The notes under the pieces are model-generated. The model was given only the letters and a program-made list of their open reading frames with translations. It made no database searches and was not told the origin of the DNA. A program made the translations under genes and the position numbers. A stretch of DNA of 63,854 nucleotides, the filler included, from Candidatus Methanoxibalbensis ujae (GTDB taxonomy: Archaea; Halobacteriota; Syntropharchaeia; Alkanophagales; Methanospirareceae), in the NCBI GenBank assembly GCA_026134085.1. It is 3 parts of 3 records of this genome, joined end to end, with 100 filler letters (N's around TTAATTAATTAA, not from the genome) between each part and the next. Parts side by side here need not be neighbours in the genome. Positions count along the whole stretch, not along the records: positions 23,969 to 46,562 come from JAOQIN010000029.1; positions 46,663 to 63,854 come from JAOQIN010000038.1; 1 more part is not named here. One strand, written 5' to 3'. Positions 40,480-50,670 of this stretch are shown here, in pieces. Positions within the stretch are counted from its first letter, which is position 1, and the number at the start of each line of letters is the position of its first letter.

Positions 40480-40734
40480 TTTCGCTTTTACCTTTTCTTT
40501 TTTATTCTATTCCTTCTTTCTTCTTAAATTCTTCTCCATTTCCCAAACCTGTGACTCCTCACTTTCCTTCGCTTCAATACTTTCAACCTTTCTCACACAC
40601 TCATTAACTCTCATCATGTTCCATTCACTTCACTTTCGCTCCATCAGATAACATGAGTTATTCTTCTAAGTAACAGAAATCGCTGATGATGTTCTACTGA
40701 TAATGTTCAATATGGTTGTGGAATTATGTTTTGA

Positions 40735-40994
40735 AGTTCCAGTGGAAATGCAGGGGTGGGGGTCTGCTTATGTTGTTGTAGGTCTTTGGAAATCCTGTAT
40801 TTTTTGAAAAAGAGCGCTGTGAATCCCTGTTTTTGCGCATGATCATCGCGATTTTCAGGTTTGATGTGTGTGCGCGAAATATGCAATTTCCTTTGTTATT
40901 TTTTTGAAAGAACCTCTCTCATACATTCTTTCAACAATTTCCACTGGAACCTCTCATCATGCAAAATCTTTATATATGGATGATTTCCAGTGGA
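40735..40994. other. Candidate replication origin B, inverted homologue of A
   Basis: GTTCCAGTGGAAATGCAGGGGTGGGGG at 40736, inverted ATTTCCACTGGAAC ending 40950, TTTATATA and third box TTTCCAGTGGA ending 40994. Confidence 0.75.
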
Positions 40995-41021
40995 GGTTCA
41001 ATTCCAGATTGGGGTAAAAAA

Positions 41022-42041
41022 TCAAAGAAGTTCAGGCAATAATGCAGCTATGAGTGCGGCAGGTATGAGCGTCATACCTATGAATCCGTTTTTGCACATC
41101 TCTATCACAGCTTTCTTCTCGTTTCTCTTTTCCTTTTCATTCCTTTCTCCTGTTCCTGCATGTCTGCACAGTCTCAGAGATATGAATGCACTTTTGAACG
41201 AGAAATATGCGGGCATCGCAAGTAAAAAAATTGCTACGGGAACACTGATCAGACCCGTAACGAACATGGGTATGAATGAGAGCCAGGTCATCAGTGTAAG
41301 AGGTGCATAGATACAATATGCGAAGTTTTTGCTGAAACGAACGACAAGATTTATGCGGTTTATCGCGCGATCATAATCATAATCCGGGATTTCTCGTGCT
41401 ATTTTCATCTTAAAAACATCTATCATGAAAGGTAACGCAGCGATCAGAGGGGTAATGCTGATTGAATGTGCCTGAATATAAAATCCGCTTAAAATTGTGA
41501 TGAATCCCACGCCTATCGCGAGTGCGAGCTCACCGAGCCCTATGTATGAGAGTTTTAGACCTCTTGAGTATGAATAAGCTATGAAAATACCGATGAGTCC
41601 AATAGGAAGTGTGAGTTCTCCTGTGTTGAGAATGAATTGAAGGATGAATCCGAGAGGAATTGCGAGGGCAGCGCAGAGATAAGCGCCAAAAATTGCCTTT
41701 TCAACGGATATTCTGCCGCTTAAAAATTCTTCAAACCTTCCTGTTGTGGCTGTTGTGTGGAATCCTGACAGATGTGTGCGATGATGTCGGTGATGTGTGC
41801 TGTCATGGGCGGGCAGTATGCGCGAATTCCGCAGATCCTCATAAACACTTGAGGCGTTCAGCACGAAACAAAATGCTGTTAGCAGTATGACAGCGAGGAG
41901 CGATATGAAAAATGACAGGAAATCAGGGGAGTTCCCTTCAGACCATGCGAGAACGCTTCCCAGCACAAACGGTATGAGTGTTGTTGAGAATTTTGGAGGA
42001 GATGCGAGAGACAGCCATCCCTTAAACTCCTCAAATTTCAT
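41022..42041 (-). CDS. UbiA/MenA-like prenyltransferase
   Basis: Multi-TM; P..LGSVLA, YSYS..LSYIGLGE, EIPDYDYD...R.NLVVRF. Confidence 0.8.
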   Translation of the reverse strand: MKFEEFKGWLSLASPPKFSTTLIPFVLGSVLAWSEGNSPDFLSFFISLLAVILLTAFCFVLNASSVYEDLRNSRILPAHDSTHHRHHRTHLSGFHTTATTGRFEEFLSGRISVEKAIFGAYLCAALAIPLGFILQFILNTGELTLPIGLIGIFIAYSYSRGLKLSYIGLGELALAIGVGFITILSGFYIQAHSISITPLIAALPFMIDVFKMKIAREIPDYDYDRAINRINLVVRFSKNFAYCIYAPLTLMTWLSFIPMFVTGLISVPVAIFLLAMPAYFSFKSAFISLRLCRHAGTGERNEKEKRNEKKAVIEMCKNGFIGMTLIPAALIAALLPELL

Positions 42042-42086
42042 GTTCCCCTCTCAATGTGCGATGATGAAGATGCATGCGGTTCTATA

Positions 42087-42743
42087 CTATATGCCAGCTG
42101 CCTCTCTCTTCTCAATAACAGCTTTTATTTTCTTCAATCGTGTGAAGTTCTCCCTCTCCATCTCCTCAAGGCGCATCTGTATGTATCTTCGAGTCTCCTT
42201 CAATCTCGGAATGACAACATATTTCAGTGCGTTCACACGGCGTTTCGTCTTTTCAACCTCAGATGCGAGGTGTCTCACAGCTTCCTCAATCTCAGCGAGC
42301 CTCAAAATCTTCTCAACAGCTTCCTCAAAGCATCTCGCCGCCTCGTCAAGTGCTGAGGAGGAGTCTGTTATGCTGTATCCACGCTCAGTCGTCTTTCTGA
42401 CGAGGTGTCTGAATTCAATAATCGGGATGCTGACGCCCATCACGCTCCTCGCAGCAAATTCAATGCGCATTTCCTGAGGCCTTGCAGATAAAGACAGATT
42501 TCTCACTTTTTCAGCGCCAAGCATTGCTTTTGCAATTGCAAGATGTGTGAATGCCTCCTTCATCTTCGCCTCCATCTCCTTCCTCGCATCACGGACCTCA
42601 CAGACAACATCCAATAACTCCGCGACGAGCGCATCCCTCTTCTCACGAAGAAGTTCCTCCCCGTTCTCAGCAAGCTTCTCACGCTGCCTCAACCTCAGAA
42701 GCTCCATCCTTGTGGGGCTTACGCCTTCTATCCTCTCGGGCAT
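42087..42743 (-). CDS. atpD: A/V-type ATP synthase subunit D
   Basis: PTRMELLRL, LL.EKRDAL, VMGVSIP, EVEKTKRRVNAL..VVIP, LEEMERENFTRLK. Confidence 0.96.
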   Translation of the reverse strand: MPERIEGVSPTRMELLRLRQREKLAENGEELLREKRDALVAELLDVVCEVRDARKEMEAKMKEAFTHLAIAKAMLGAEKVRNLSLSARPQEMRIEFAARSVMGVSIPIIEFRHLVRKTTERGYSITDSSSALDEAARCFEEAVEKILRLAEIEEAVRHLASEVEKTKRRVNALKYVVIPRLKETRRYIQMRLEEMERENFTRLKKIKAVIEKREAAGI

Positions 42744-42793
42744 ATCTCCATCCCTCCATCCTTCAATCTTCCCTCTTTTTCCCCTTCTTTTCT

Positions 42794-43501
42794 CTATGCT
42801 TCTCCCGTTCCCTTTTCCACAATGTATATGCCATCCTGGAAAACCCTCGGGTCTCTGCGCTTGATTCTTGTTGCTCTTTCTATGTTTGCTGCCGTTTGAC
42901 CGACAGATTCCTTGTTGATGCCGCGAACTATTATCTCTGTCTCTTCCTTACCACCCTCTCCCTTTCTGATTTCAACAGAAACACCCTCCAATATCTTCGC
43001 AATCCTGCTTTTCCGCTCACCGAGGAAGTTTGAAATGATGACGCTGTCCTTTGAGACGCTCACCTGTATTGGAAAATGCGAGCGGAACACGCGCAGTTTG
43101 TAGTAGAACCCCTCTCTAACGCCGATTATCATGTTGCGTATGTGTGCGGCGAATGTCCCCACAATTGCTTTCTTCTTTCTTCTCTGCGTATCGCTTGAAA
43201 CAACTATTTCAGTTATGCTCCTCCCTCCTTCTGTCTCTTCTGTCTCTTCTGTCTCCTCATCTGCGGCGCTCGTCTCTGTCGCTTCTCCTGCCGCTTCCTC
43301 ATCCGCTCCCCGTCTCTGCACAACTACAATCTTCACATCGGGATACCAGAGCTCCCTCTCAAGAACACCCTTGGGTCCTGAGACGCGAACCTTTCTGCCG
43401 TCTATTATCTCAACTTCAACATCATCAGGCACGGGCACTCTTACGCTGTATCCCTCATGACGCGCATGTCGCTCACTCTCCTCAATGGCCTCCACACTCA
43501 T
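42794..43501 (-). CDS. rpl6: 50S ribosomal protein L6 with acidic insertion
   Basis: [43 protein letters not shown]. Confidence 0.95.
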   Translation of the reverse strand: MSVEAIEESERHARHEGYSVRVPVPDDVEVEIIDGRKVRVSGPKGVLERELWYPDVKIVVVQRRGADEEAAGEATETSAADEETEETEETEGGRSITEIVVSSDTQRRKKKAIVGTFAAHIRNMIIGVREGFYYKLRVFRSHFPIQVSVSKDSVIISNFLGERKSRIAKILEGVSVEIRKGEGGKEETEIIVRGINKESVGQTAANIERATRIKRRDPRVFQDGIYIVEKGTGEA

Positions 43502-43653
43502 TCTTCATCACCTTCCATCCGCTCGCTCCACTCTCGCCATCCCTCTCCTTCTTTCCATCATTTCTCTTTTTCTATCCAACGCCTCTCCTCTCCCGCTCTC
43601 CAATGCTCCCTGTCCCCAGGTCACCCAATCAAAACAAAAATCACAGGGCACGG

Positions 43654-44475
43654 TCACACGACCTCAAGCGAGAATCCAAGAAATTTTGCGCTGCGAGTGA
43701 GCGCTGATGATGATATGACATCAACCCCCGTTTCAGCATAATCCCTCACATTCTCAAGCGTAATTCCGCCAGAAGCCTCAATCAGGACTTTATCCCGTAT
43801 TCCTCTCCTCTCAAGCTCTTCAACACATAAGCGCACATCTTCAACACTCATATTGTCAAGCATTATTATATCAACATTCATCTCAGCTGCTTTTATCGCA
43901 TGCTCAACGGATTCAACCTCTACCTCTATCTTTTTTGAAAAGCTGACACGCTTTTTCGCAACATTTATCGCATCTTCAAGACCCATTATTTTTATATGAT
44001 TGTCTTTTATTATCATTGCATCAAATAATCCGAACCTGTGAGGGTCGCCACCACCTATTATGATCGCTTTTTTCTCGTATTTCCTGAATCCCGGCGTTGT
44101 CTTGCGCGTGCCCGCTATTTTTATGCGGGGATTTACCTCTCTCGCAGCATCCACGAACGCACGCGTGAGTGTTGCGATGCCGCTCATCCTTCCAAGAAAG
44201 TTCAGAACGAGGCGCTCACCCTTCAGAATTTTCTGAGCGTTACCACTTACAGTCATCACCACATCCTCAGCACGCATCATATCACCGTCGTTGAACGAGC
44301 TTTCTGTCTGAACACCGAGATAGGCAAATATCTGCGCCGCCTCCTCCAATCCCGCGAGGACCCCCTCCTCCTTTGCGATTATCTCAGCTCTGCACGAAAC
44401 CGAGGGAACAACGAGCTCATAGTCCTCATGCCCCACATCCTCCAGAAGAAAGCTCTCTATCTCCCCCGACAGCAT
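43654..44475 (-). CDS. nadC: Quinolinate phosphoribosyltransferase
   Basis: ER..LNFL.RMSGIAT, TRKTTPG.R, HRFGL.D..IKDNH, IEVEV, IMLDN, EASGGI. Confidence 0.96.
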   Translation of the reverse strand: MLSGEIESFLLEDVGHEDYELVVPSVSCRAEIIAKEEGVLAGLEEAAQIFAYLGVQTESSFNDGDMMRAEDVVMTVSGNAQKILKGERLVLNFLGRMSGIATLTRAFVDAAREVNPRIKIAGTRKTTPGFRKYEKKAIIIGGGDPHRFGLFDAMIIKDNHIKIMGLEDAINVAKKRVSFSKKIEVEVESVEHAIKAAEMNVDIIMLDNMSVEDVRLCVEELERRGIRDKVLIEASGGITLENVRDYAETGVDVISSSALTRSAKFLGFSLEVV

Positions 44476-44639
44476 CAGAAATTTCTTTTACCCACAGTTC
44501 CTTATTAAGACAGTGTAAGACAGTGATGTCTCAGATGATGCGCAGATGCATGTTGGCATGCGCAGCGCATGCGTGATGAGGGATGAGGAGGGGATACAGG
44601 CGCAGAAGCGTGGAGGTGTCCAGGTGTGGAGGTGTCTGA

Positions 44640-45491
44640 ATGATAAGGGTTGGAATAATAGGATGTGGTGCGATAGGCACTGAGATATGTGTTGCGATAG
44701 ACAGAAATTCGTATGATGGTCGTGATCTTGGACTGGACATGCGCCTGTTTTTCGTTATTGACAGGAATGAGGATAAGATAAAGCGCCTGTGTGAGCGATT
44801 GAGCAATCCTCCCGCCGTGAGGAGGTGCGGAAGCAACGCAAAAGAAGTTGGATTTGATGATATTGTTGAGGAAGTTGACCTCGTTATTGAGTGTGCGTCG
44901 CAGCATGCTGTCAGGGAGTTTGTGATCCCGGCGCTTGAGTTTGGCAAGGATGTTATGATTTTGAGCGTGGGTGCGCTCGCTGATGAGAACATGTTGAGGC
45001 GTGTTGAGCATGTTGCGAGGAAGAATCGCTGTCGTGTATACATACCATCAGGCGCGATTGCGGGAATTGACGGCTTGAAGTCTGCAGCAGTCAGCAGGAT
45101 ATATGAGGTCAGGCTGACAACGAGAAAGCCTCCAGAAAGCTTCGCGGACAACAAATATGTGCGTGAGCGCGGTATTGATATAAAAGAGCCCACTGTGCTT
45201 TTTGAGGGCAGCGCCATTGATGCCGTCAGGTATTTCCCCGAAAATGTGAATGTGGCAGCCGCACTCAGCATCGCGGGCATCGGCACACGAAAAACGCATG
45301 TCACGATCATTGCGGACCCTTCAGTTAGGGAAAACATGCACGAAATAAACATATCGGGCTCTTTCGGCAAGATGTGCATAAAAATAGAAAATATACCATC
45401 ACCGATAAACCCAAAAACAAGCTATTTAGCTGCAATGTCCGCAATAGCAACGCTTAAAACAATCTCAAATCCCATAAATGTTGGAACATAG
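44640..45491 (+). CDS. nadX: L-aspartate dehydrogenase
   Basis: GCGAIG, ECAS, SVGALAD, SGAIAGIDG, FPENVNVAAA, NPKTSYLAA; divergent from nadC. Confidence 0.93.
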   Translation: MIRVGIIGCGAIGTEICVAIDRNSYDGRDLGLDMRLFFVIDRNEDKIKRLCERLSNPPAVRRCGSNAKEVGFDDIVEEVDLVIECASQHAVREFVIPALEFGKDVMILSVGALADENMLRRVEHVARKNRCRVYIPSGAIAGIDGLKSAAVSRIYEVRLTTRKPPESFADNKYVRERGIDIKEPTVLFEGSAIDAVRYFPENVNVAAALSIAGIGTRKTHVTIIADPSVRENMHEINISGSFGKMCIKIENIPSPINPKTSYLAAMSAIATLKTISNPINVGT

Positions 45492-45515
45492 CACATAGCA
45501 GCGGATGCAGCGTGC

Positions 45516-46037
45516 TCACTTCTTCACATCCAAAAGCGCGACTCTCTCCAAAACGAGTTTTTCAAGTTTTTCCTCGCCGACCGCGTTCAACTCCTCATCT
45601 GTTATGTGAAAGAAATTTTTAAGAGTTTCTGCTCTCTCGCTCAAGTCGCCAAGCCCCTCCTCTCTTATTTTCAATCGCTTCTTCACCTCTTCTGCGACAG
45701 TTTTTAACCGCCTGGTGCCGCGAGGATCAACGATGACTATCGCGATTTTCCTGTTTTTTCCATCCGAAATCCCCATCTCAAGCGCTCTGTGTATCTGCCT
45801 CTCACCTGCAGCGTAAAGCAGGATCTCCATGCTCAGATCTGGAGAAATGTTCCTTTTCTTCCTGAAGGCTCTTATCGCCTTATGAACCGCTGATAAAATG
45901 TGTGCCTCACTCGCGACCTTCTTCGCGTCAAACGCCTGTATGTGGACATCGGCACCTGATGCAATATCTCTCAGCACAGCAATGAAATCATCAACAGAAT
46001 GCACATCCGCCCTGCCGATTATTATGACAGTCTCCAT
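45516..46037 (-). CDS. cgi121: KEOPS complex subunit Cgi121
   Basis: IQAFDA..V.SE.H, MEILLYAAGERQI..AL.MG, LVLERVALL; true start at METVI (the ORF-track 5' extension is antisense to tnpB). Confidence 0.88.
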   Translation of the reverse strand: METVIIIGRADVHSVDDFIAVLRDIASGADVHIQAFDAKKVASEAHILSAVHKAIRAFRKKRNISPDLSMEILLYAAGERQIHRALEMGISDGKNRKIAIVIVDPRGTRRLKTVAEEVKKRLKIREEGLGDLSERAETLKNFFHITDEELNAVGEEKLEKLVLERVALLDVKK

Positions 46038-46208
46038 TTCCAGCTGCCACCTCTTTCCATCGTCATTCCACTTTCTCTCCACTTCAATGGTCGTCTGTGC
46101 TCCTTGACAATCCCCTGACAATCTCATTGTTTCATCTAACCCCCTCAAGGAGACCCCATCCGAGAGGGAGGAAAGGTATATAAATATATTCTTTCCGAAA
46201 ATATAATC

Positions 46209-46562
46209 ATGGAGGTTGCTAAAAGCATTACGGTGAAGGTTTCCAATAAGATTAATAAAGATAAGTTTCTTTCTTTGAGAAATTTCTTCACCACCTATCA
46301 AACCGTAGCAGGGATTTACTACTCCTACATTCTTGAAAATTCTCTGGAAGAAAAGCTTATCTCTGGAGAAATAACTGCTAAGGATTTGAAAAACATTCTG
46401 CATAAAAAACTTTACAAGAAAATCAGAGAAAGCTTTGATATCTCTTCTCAAACAGTTCAGGAAATAAGAGATGTAGTTGTGGAAGCTATTAACTCTTATT
46501 CTCAACTGATCAGAAGGGGTAGAAAAGCATCTTTGCCAAAAATTGAGGAATTTACTGTAAGA
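46209..46562 (+). CDS. tnpB: TnpB/Cas12f-like RNA-guided nuclease, N-terminal part cut by the gap
   Basis: KSITVKV..., LHKKLYKKIRESFDISSQTVQE..., ASLPK pattern; AT-rich; TATATAAA upstream. Confidence 0.65.
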
Positions 46563-46662
46563 NNNNNNNNNNNNNNNNNNNNNNNNNNNNNNNNNNNNNN
46601 NNNNNNTTAATTAATTAANNNNNNNNNNNNNNNNNNNNNNNNNNNNNNNNNNNNNNNNNNNN
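46563..46662. other. Assembly gap with artificial linker
   Basis: 100 nt of N with central TTAATTAATTAA. Confidence 0.98.
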
Positions 46663-47284
46663 GGCACATCAATACTCAGCTTTGAGGCGTGGGATGGTTC
46701 TGAACTCAGCAAAATGGTGAACCTGCATGTAGCGGTTGAAAGTTGAACGGAGAAAGGAATACTCATCCATTATGATATATGATATGGTGATATGGGAGGT
46801 CGCTGGGTTGCCGTATCTGTGGCACCGCACCAGAGTTCTACGGCAAAAGAGTTGGAGAAATTAGAGGAAAGTATCTTGAGGCGTAAGTTGAGCAGAGGGA
46901 AAAAGCTCAGAGCGATAAAGAGGAGGATGGAACATAAGGAAAAGAGAATCGTGAATGATGAACAGCTTGAGTCATAGTGAATGAAGCTGAGCACTTGCAG
47001 TTGGTAACTTGAATGGAGTTTGAAACAACAACAGGGGGAGGTGAAGGGAAGCCCTCCGCTTGAAGGTCAAGTATAAGGCGCTTATTGTGGTGGTGGAAGT
47101 TTCCATCAAAGCAATGCTCTTGTGGCTCAATGAACACTGAAAGATAAATATTGTAGGGACTTCAATGCAGATGCGAAGCCGAAAACATATTGAAACGAGC
47201 CCTATATGGTGGTGACCCCGCCAGAAGCGCAATGCACCGATTTCCCGGTGGAAGCCTCCGACTTCGGTCGGGGGAGGAGGTCAC
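46663..47284 (+). mobile_element. Decayed tnpB 3' part plus IS605-type right end
   Basis: Fragment LRRKLSRGKKLRAIKRRMEHKEKRIVND among stops and frameshifts; RE GAAGCCTCCGAC-TTCG-GTCGGGGGAGGAGGTCAC (47251-47284). Confidence 0.75.
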
Positions 47285-48165
47285 TGAGCTTCATCTGTGC
47301 TCTCCCTGACAGATGTGCTCTTCCTGACAGATGCATAGTATCTCGCTTTCACACCGTATGAGAACGCCGTCGTTACTGCGATTCCAACAGCCAGTATGAG
47401 TGTGGAAACAATGAGAAACGGCAATGTCCTCACAAGTGCATCATAGATGAGATAGGTCATATCATCACCGTGATATCCGTGATGTGAGCCCGGTGAAAAC
47501 AAAAGAAAAATCAAATATATAAAATATGCGATAAAAGGAAGGGAAAAAACAAGCAAAATAATAAGCGAAATGACAGCAACGAGAAGCCACATAATAAAAA
47601 CCTCAAGTTTATGTGTGAAGAAATGATGAATACTTGATGAAATTGCATTTATAGCGCCACTGTTATCAAGAATTATGACAGGATACACAACAAATGTTAT
47701 TAATTCCACGAATATAAACACAGCAAAGCTCAACAGTGAGCCGACATAAGGAACTTCAGACAGTCCAAAGCTCAGCACATTCGGAATAAATGAGATCAAT
47801 ATGCCTGCTGATATCATGCTCAGCATCTTACGCATCACGAATGAGGCACACTCCCTGAAATGGCACTCTTCACCCGCCTGCTTCATGATTACGCCTCCGG
47901 CAAAAAGCGATAATATCCAAAATAAGAGCAAAATCACAACAATACGAATGGCAAAAGAGAGTATATCCTTCAATAACTCAGCAGGTATGTCACGATAAAT
48001 GCCATGAGAGATGAAAGGCAGGAAGAAATTGAATATGAAATCCATCGAGATCATGTATATACCAATTGCTGCGGAAACTGTAACAACAATCATCGGCAGA
48101 CTTCGTGTGCTGAAGGCATCTTTCTTGAGCGCTTCCGAGATTATCCCGCCATAATCAACCATCAT
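47281..48165 (-). CDS. Multi-pass membrane protein of unknown function
   Basis: About 6 hydrophobic segments; P.IILD..GAINAISSS motif. Confidence 0.7.
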   Translation of the reverse strand: MMVDYGGIISEALKKDAFSTRSLPMIVVTVSAAIGIYMISMDFIFNFFLPFISHGIYRDIPAELLKDILSFAIRIVVILLLFWILSLFAGGVIMKQAGEECHFRECASFVMRKMLSMISAGILISFIPNVLSFGLSEVPYVGSLLSFAVFIFVELITFVVYPVIILDNSGAINAISSSIHHFFTHKLEVFIMWLLVAVISLIILLVFSLPFIAYFIYLIFLLFSPGSHHGYHGDDMTYLIYDALVRTLPFLIVSTLILAVGIAVTTAFSYGVKARYYASVRKSTSVRESTDEAQ

Positions 48166-48196
48166 ATCTTAATTCATAAGTTTCATTTATAATGCG

Positions 48197-48943
48197 ATGG
48201 GGATGGAAAGCGGGCGAAAGAAGGTAGTGGTGTCTGTGGGCGGAGCATTCTTTGAGGATGCAGCATCCATAAAAAAAATAGCAGCCGTTCTTGATGAGCT
48301 CTCAGCACGATGTCACCTGTTTGTCGTTGTAGGTGGCGGTAAAAGAGCAAGAGAATGCATAAATATCGCGAGGGAACTCGGTGCGAATGATTCTGTATGC
48401 GATTATATAGGCATTGAAGCCACGCGGATAAATGCGATGCTCCTCATTTCAGCGCTTAAAAATGCATATCCAATGCCTTTCCGTGATTATCATGAGGTCG
48501 CACAGCAGTATGCACACATCATCGGAGTGGAGGCATCCTCAACGGAACATGCTATATCTGTGATGGGGGGTGTGAGCCCGGGACAGACGACAGATGCAGT
48601 GGCTGCCATCCTCGCCGAGTATCTGAATGCTGATATGCTCATAAATGTGACTACTGTTGACGGCGTTTATGATGACGACCCGAGGTTCAACAAGAATGCG
48701 AGGAGATTTGACAGGCTGACACCCGCAGAGCTCCTGGATATTGTCATGCGCAGGGAGATGAAAGCGGGTGCAAGCATAGTTATAGATCCCGTTGCAGCCA
48801 AAATTATAGAGAGAAGCCGCATAAAAACAGTGGTCATAGATGGCGGAGATCCCAAAAATATATTGAAAGCATTCAATGGAGAGAGAACGGGCACGATAAT
48901 TGAGACAGCGGATTGCACAAGGACCGCGCAGGAGAGGATTTGA
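48197..48943 (+). CDS. pyrH: UMP kinase
   Basis: VSVGG, VVVGGG..AR..I, D.IGIEATR.NA, MGG..PGQTTDAVAA, VDGVY..DP. Confidence 0.95.
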   Translation: MGMESGRKKVVVSVGGAFFEDAASIKKIAAVLDELSARCHLFVVVGGGKRARECINIARELGANDSVCDYIGIEATRINAMLLISALKNAYPMPFRDYHEVAQQYAHIIGVEASSTEHAISVMGGVSPGQTTDAVAAILAEYLNADMLINVTTVDGVYDDDPRFNKNARRFDRLTPAELLDIVMRREMKAGASIVIDPVAAKIIERSRIKTVVIDGGDPKNILKAFNGERTGTIIETADCTRTAQERI

Positions 48944-48963
48944 TGAGATGCGGATTTGATGAG

Positions 48964-50670
48964 ATGCGGATAATCGCCGTGACAGGGAAGAAAGCGGAGA
49001 GCATGCTGCGTAAGGAGATAGCGCGGTGGAGGGCACAAAATCAATCGGAGCATGACTGCGAGATAATCACACAGGATATAGAGATAGCCGCGTTCACAAC
49101 GCCTGAAACGCTGAAAAGGGCGCTTAAAAACCTGCTCGCTGAAAGCGCTGCAAATGACACTGCGAATGACGCTGCGAATGAAGCAGTTGAGGACAGAACA
49201 TCTGCAGTGGAGGCGGATGAGGCCGGAACTGGATGTGGAGGAAGCCGCGGAGATGAAGATGAGTGTGAGACACTGCGCAAGTATCTTGCGAACTGTGATT
49301 TGATACTTGTTTCGGGGCTTTGCAGGGCGGATTTCAGAGATTTAGAGCGTGATATCGGCGTGCCTATCCGGCTTGGTCCGAGAGATGTGAGGGATATTGC
49401 GGATGTATTGGAGTATGCAGCTGAGATTGAGTTTTCAAGGAGTGTGCCCGCGGATGTGTTTTTGAGGGACAGGCGTCGTGAGCATGCTTCTGAGATGCTG
49501 AGATCGCTTGAATCCGCGGCGAGCGCGAGCTTCTCTGTCAAAGGCGTGAAGATAGGTGGGAACTCACGCATGAAAGTGTGCGCTGAGATTGTGGATGCAA
49601 CGCTTCTCAGCGAAGATGAGATAAGACGTATAATGCAGAAATTCCTGAAAAGCGGCGCAGACATCATAGATATCGGCGTGCACATAGGTGCATCACCTGA
49701 TGATGTCGAGAGAGCTGTTAAAGCGGCACTGTCATGCGATCAGTCAGTTCCCATCTCAGTTGACACGACTGATGCGGATCTGATAATCGCAGCCATAGAG
49801 GCAGGTGCTGACATTGTGCTCAGCTTGAACAGCGATAACATGAAAAAAGTGGGAGAGAAAGTTGCAGACGCGGGAGTGGCAGCTGTGGTCATTCCGGATC
49901 TCACGGCATCATGCAATGAGTGCGGCAATGAGTGCGGCAGCGTGGAGAGTTTGCTGAGAAACATTCAATCAGCTCGCGAGATGCACATAGAGATCATTGC
50001 CGATCCCGTTTTGAATGCTCCCGGCTATGGGCTCGCATCATCACTTCACAATTACTTCGTTTTCAGGCAGTATGACCGCGATACTCCTCTTTTCCTGGGC
50101 GTTGGCAATGTGACAGAGCTTATAGATGCGGATTCAGTCGGTGTCAATGCTATACTCGCTGCGATCGCATCTGAGCTGAGGGCTTCTGTGCTTTTTACGA
50201 CGGAGCACAGCGACAAGTGTGCCGGCAGTGTGAGAGAGCTCAGGACAGCTGCGGAGATGATGATGGTGGCATCTGGAGGACCTCCAAAGGACGTGGGCAT
50301 AGATCTTCTCGTTCTCAAGGAAAAAAGGAGGAGGAAGGAGCGGGAGATTGAGGTCTGCAGCAAAAATGCTGAGTGCGACAGCGATATTATTGTGATAGCA
50401 CATGAGAACGAAAGCTGGCATATTGATCCATTCGGCTGCTTCCGCATAGAGATATGTGAGACCCCATATGGCAGGCGGATACTGGCAGAGCACGAACCTT
50501 CAGGGAAAAAAATTGTTGGAAAAACAGCGAAAGAGATACTTGACACAATACTCCGGCTCGGACTGGTGTCTCTGATGGAGCACGCGGCATATCTCGGCAG
50601 GGAGCTCGCGAAAGCCGAGATAGCAATGAAAATCGGACGAAGTTACGGGCAGGATGAGCCTCTTTTCTGA
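48964..50670 (+). CDS. Dihydropteroate synthase-related protein (MJ0107-like, DUF4346 C-terminus)
   Basis: IAVTGK.A, IAAF.TP, AEIVDA, GADIIDIG, ISVDT, GVGNVTELIDADSVGVNA, HAAYLGRELAKAE. Confidence 0.88.
   Translation: MRIIAVTGKKAESMLRKEIARWRAQNQSEHDCEIITQDIEIAAFTTPETLKRALKNLLAESAANDTANDAANEAVEDRTSAVEADEAGTGCGGSRGDEDECETLRKYLANCDLILVSGLCRADFRDLERDIGVPIRLGPRDVRDIADVLEYAAEIEFSRSVPADVFLRDRRREHASEMLRSLESAASASFSVKGVKIGGNSRMKVCAEIVDATLLSEDEIRRIMQKFLKSGADIIDIGVHIGASPDDVERAVKAALSCDQSVPISVDTTDADLIIAAIEAGADIVLSLNSDNMKKVGEKVADAGVAAVVIPDLTASCNECGNECGSVESLLRNIQSAREMHIEIIADPVLNAPGYGLASSLHNYFVFRQYDRDTPLFLGVGNVTELIDADSVGVNAILAAIASELRASVLFTTEHSDKCAGSVRELRTAAEMMMVASGGPPKDVGIDLLVLKEKRRRKEREIEVCSKNAECDSDIIVIAHENESWHIDPFGCFRIEICETPYGRRILAEHEPSGKKIVGKTAKEILDTILRLGLVSLMEHAAYLGRELAKAEIAMKIGRSYGQDEPLF

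Noticed and set aside
46038..46505. Long N-terminal extension of Cgi121 in the ORF track; similar extensions at 26835, 29477 and 22344
   Set aside because: Open frames over antisense tnpB, tRNA or intergenic DNA; family homology starts at downstream ATGs
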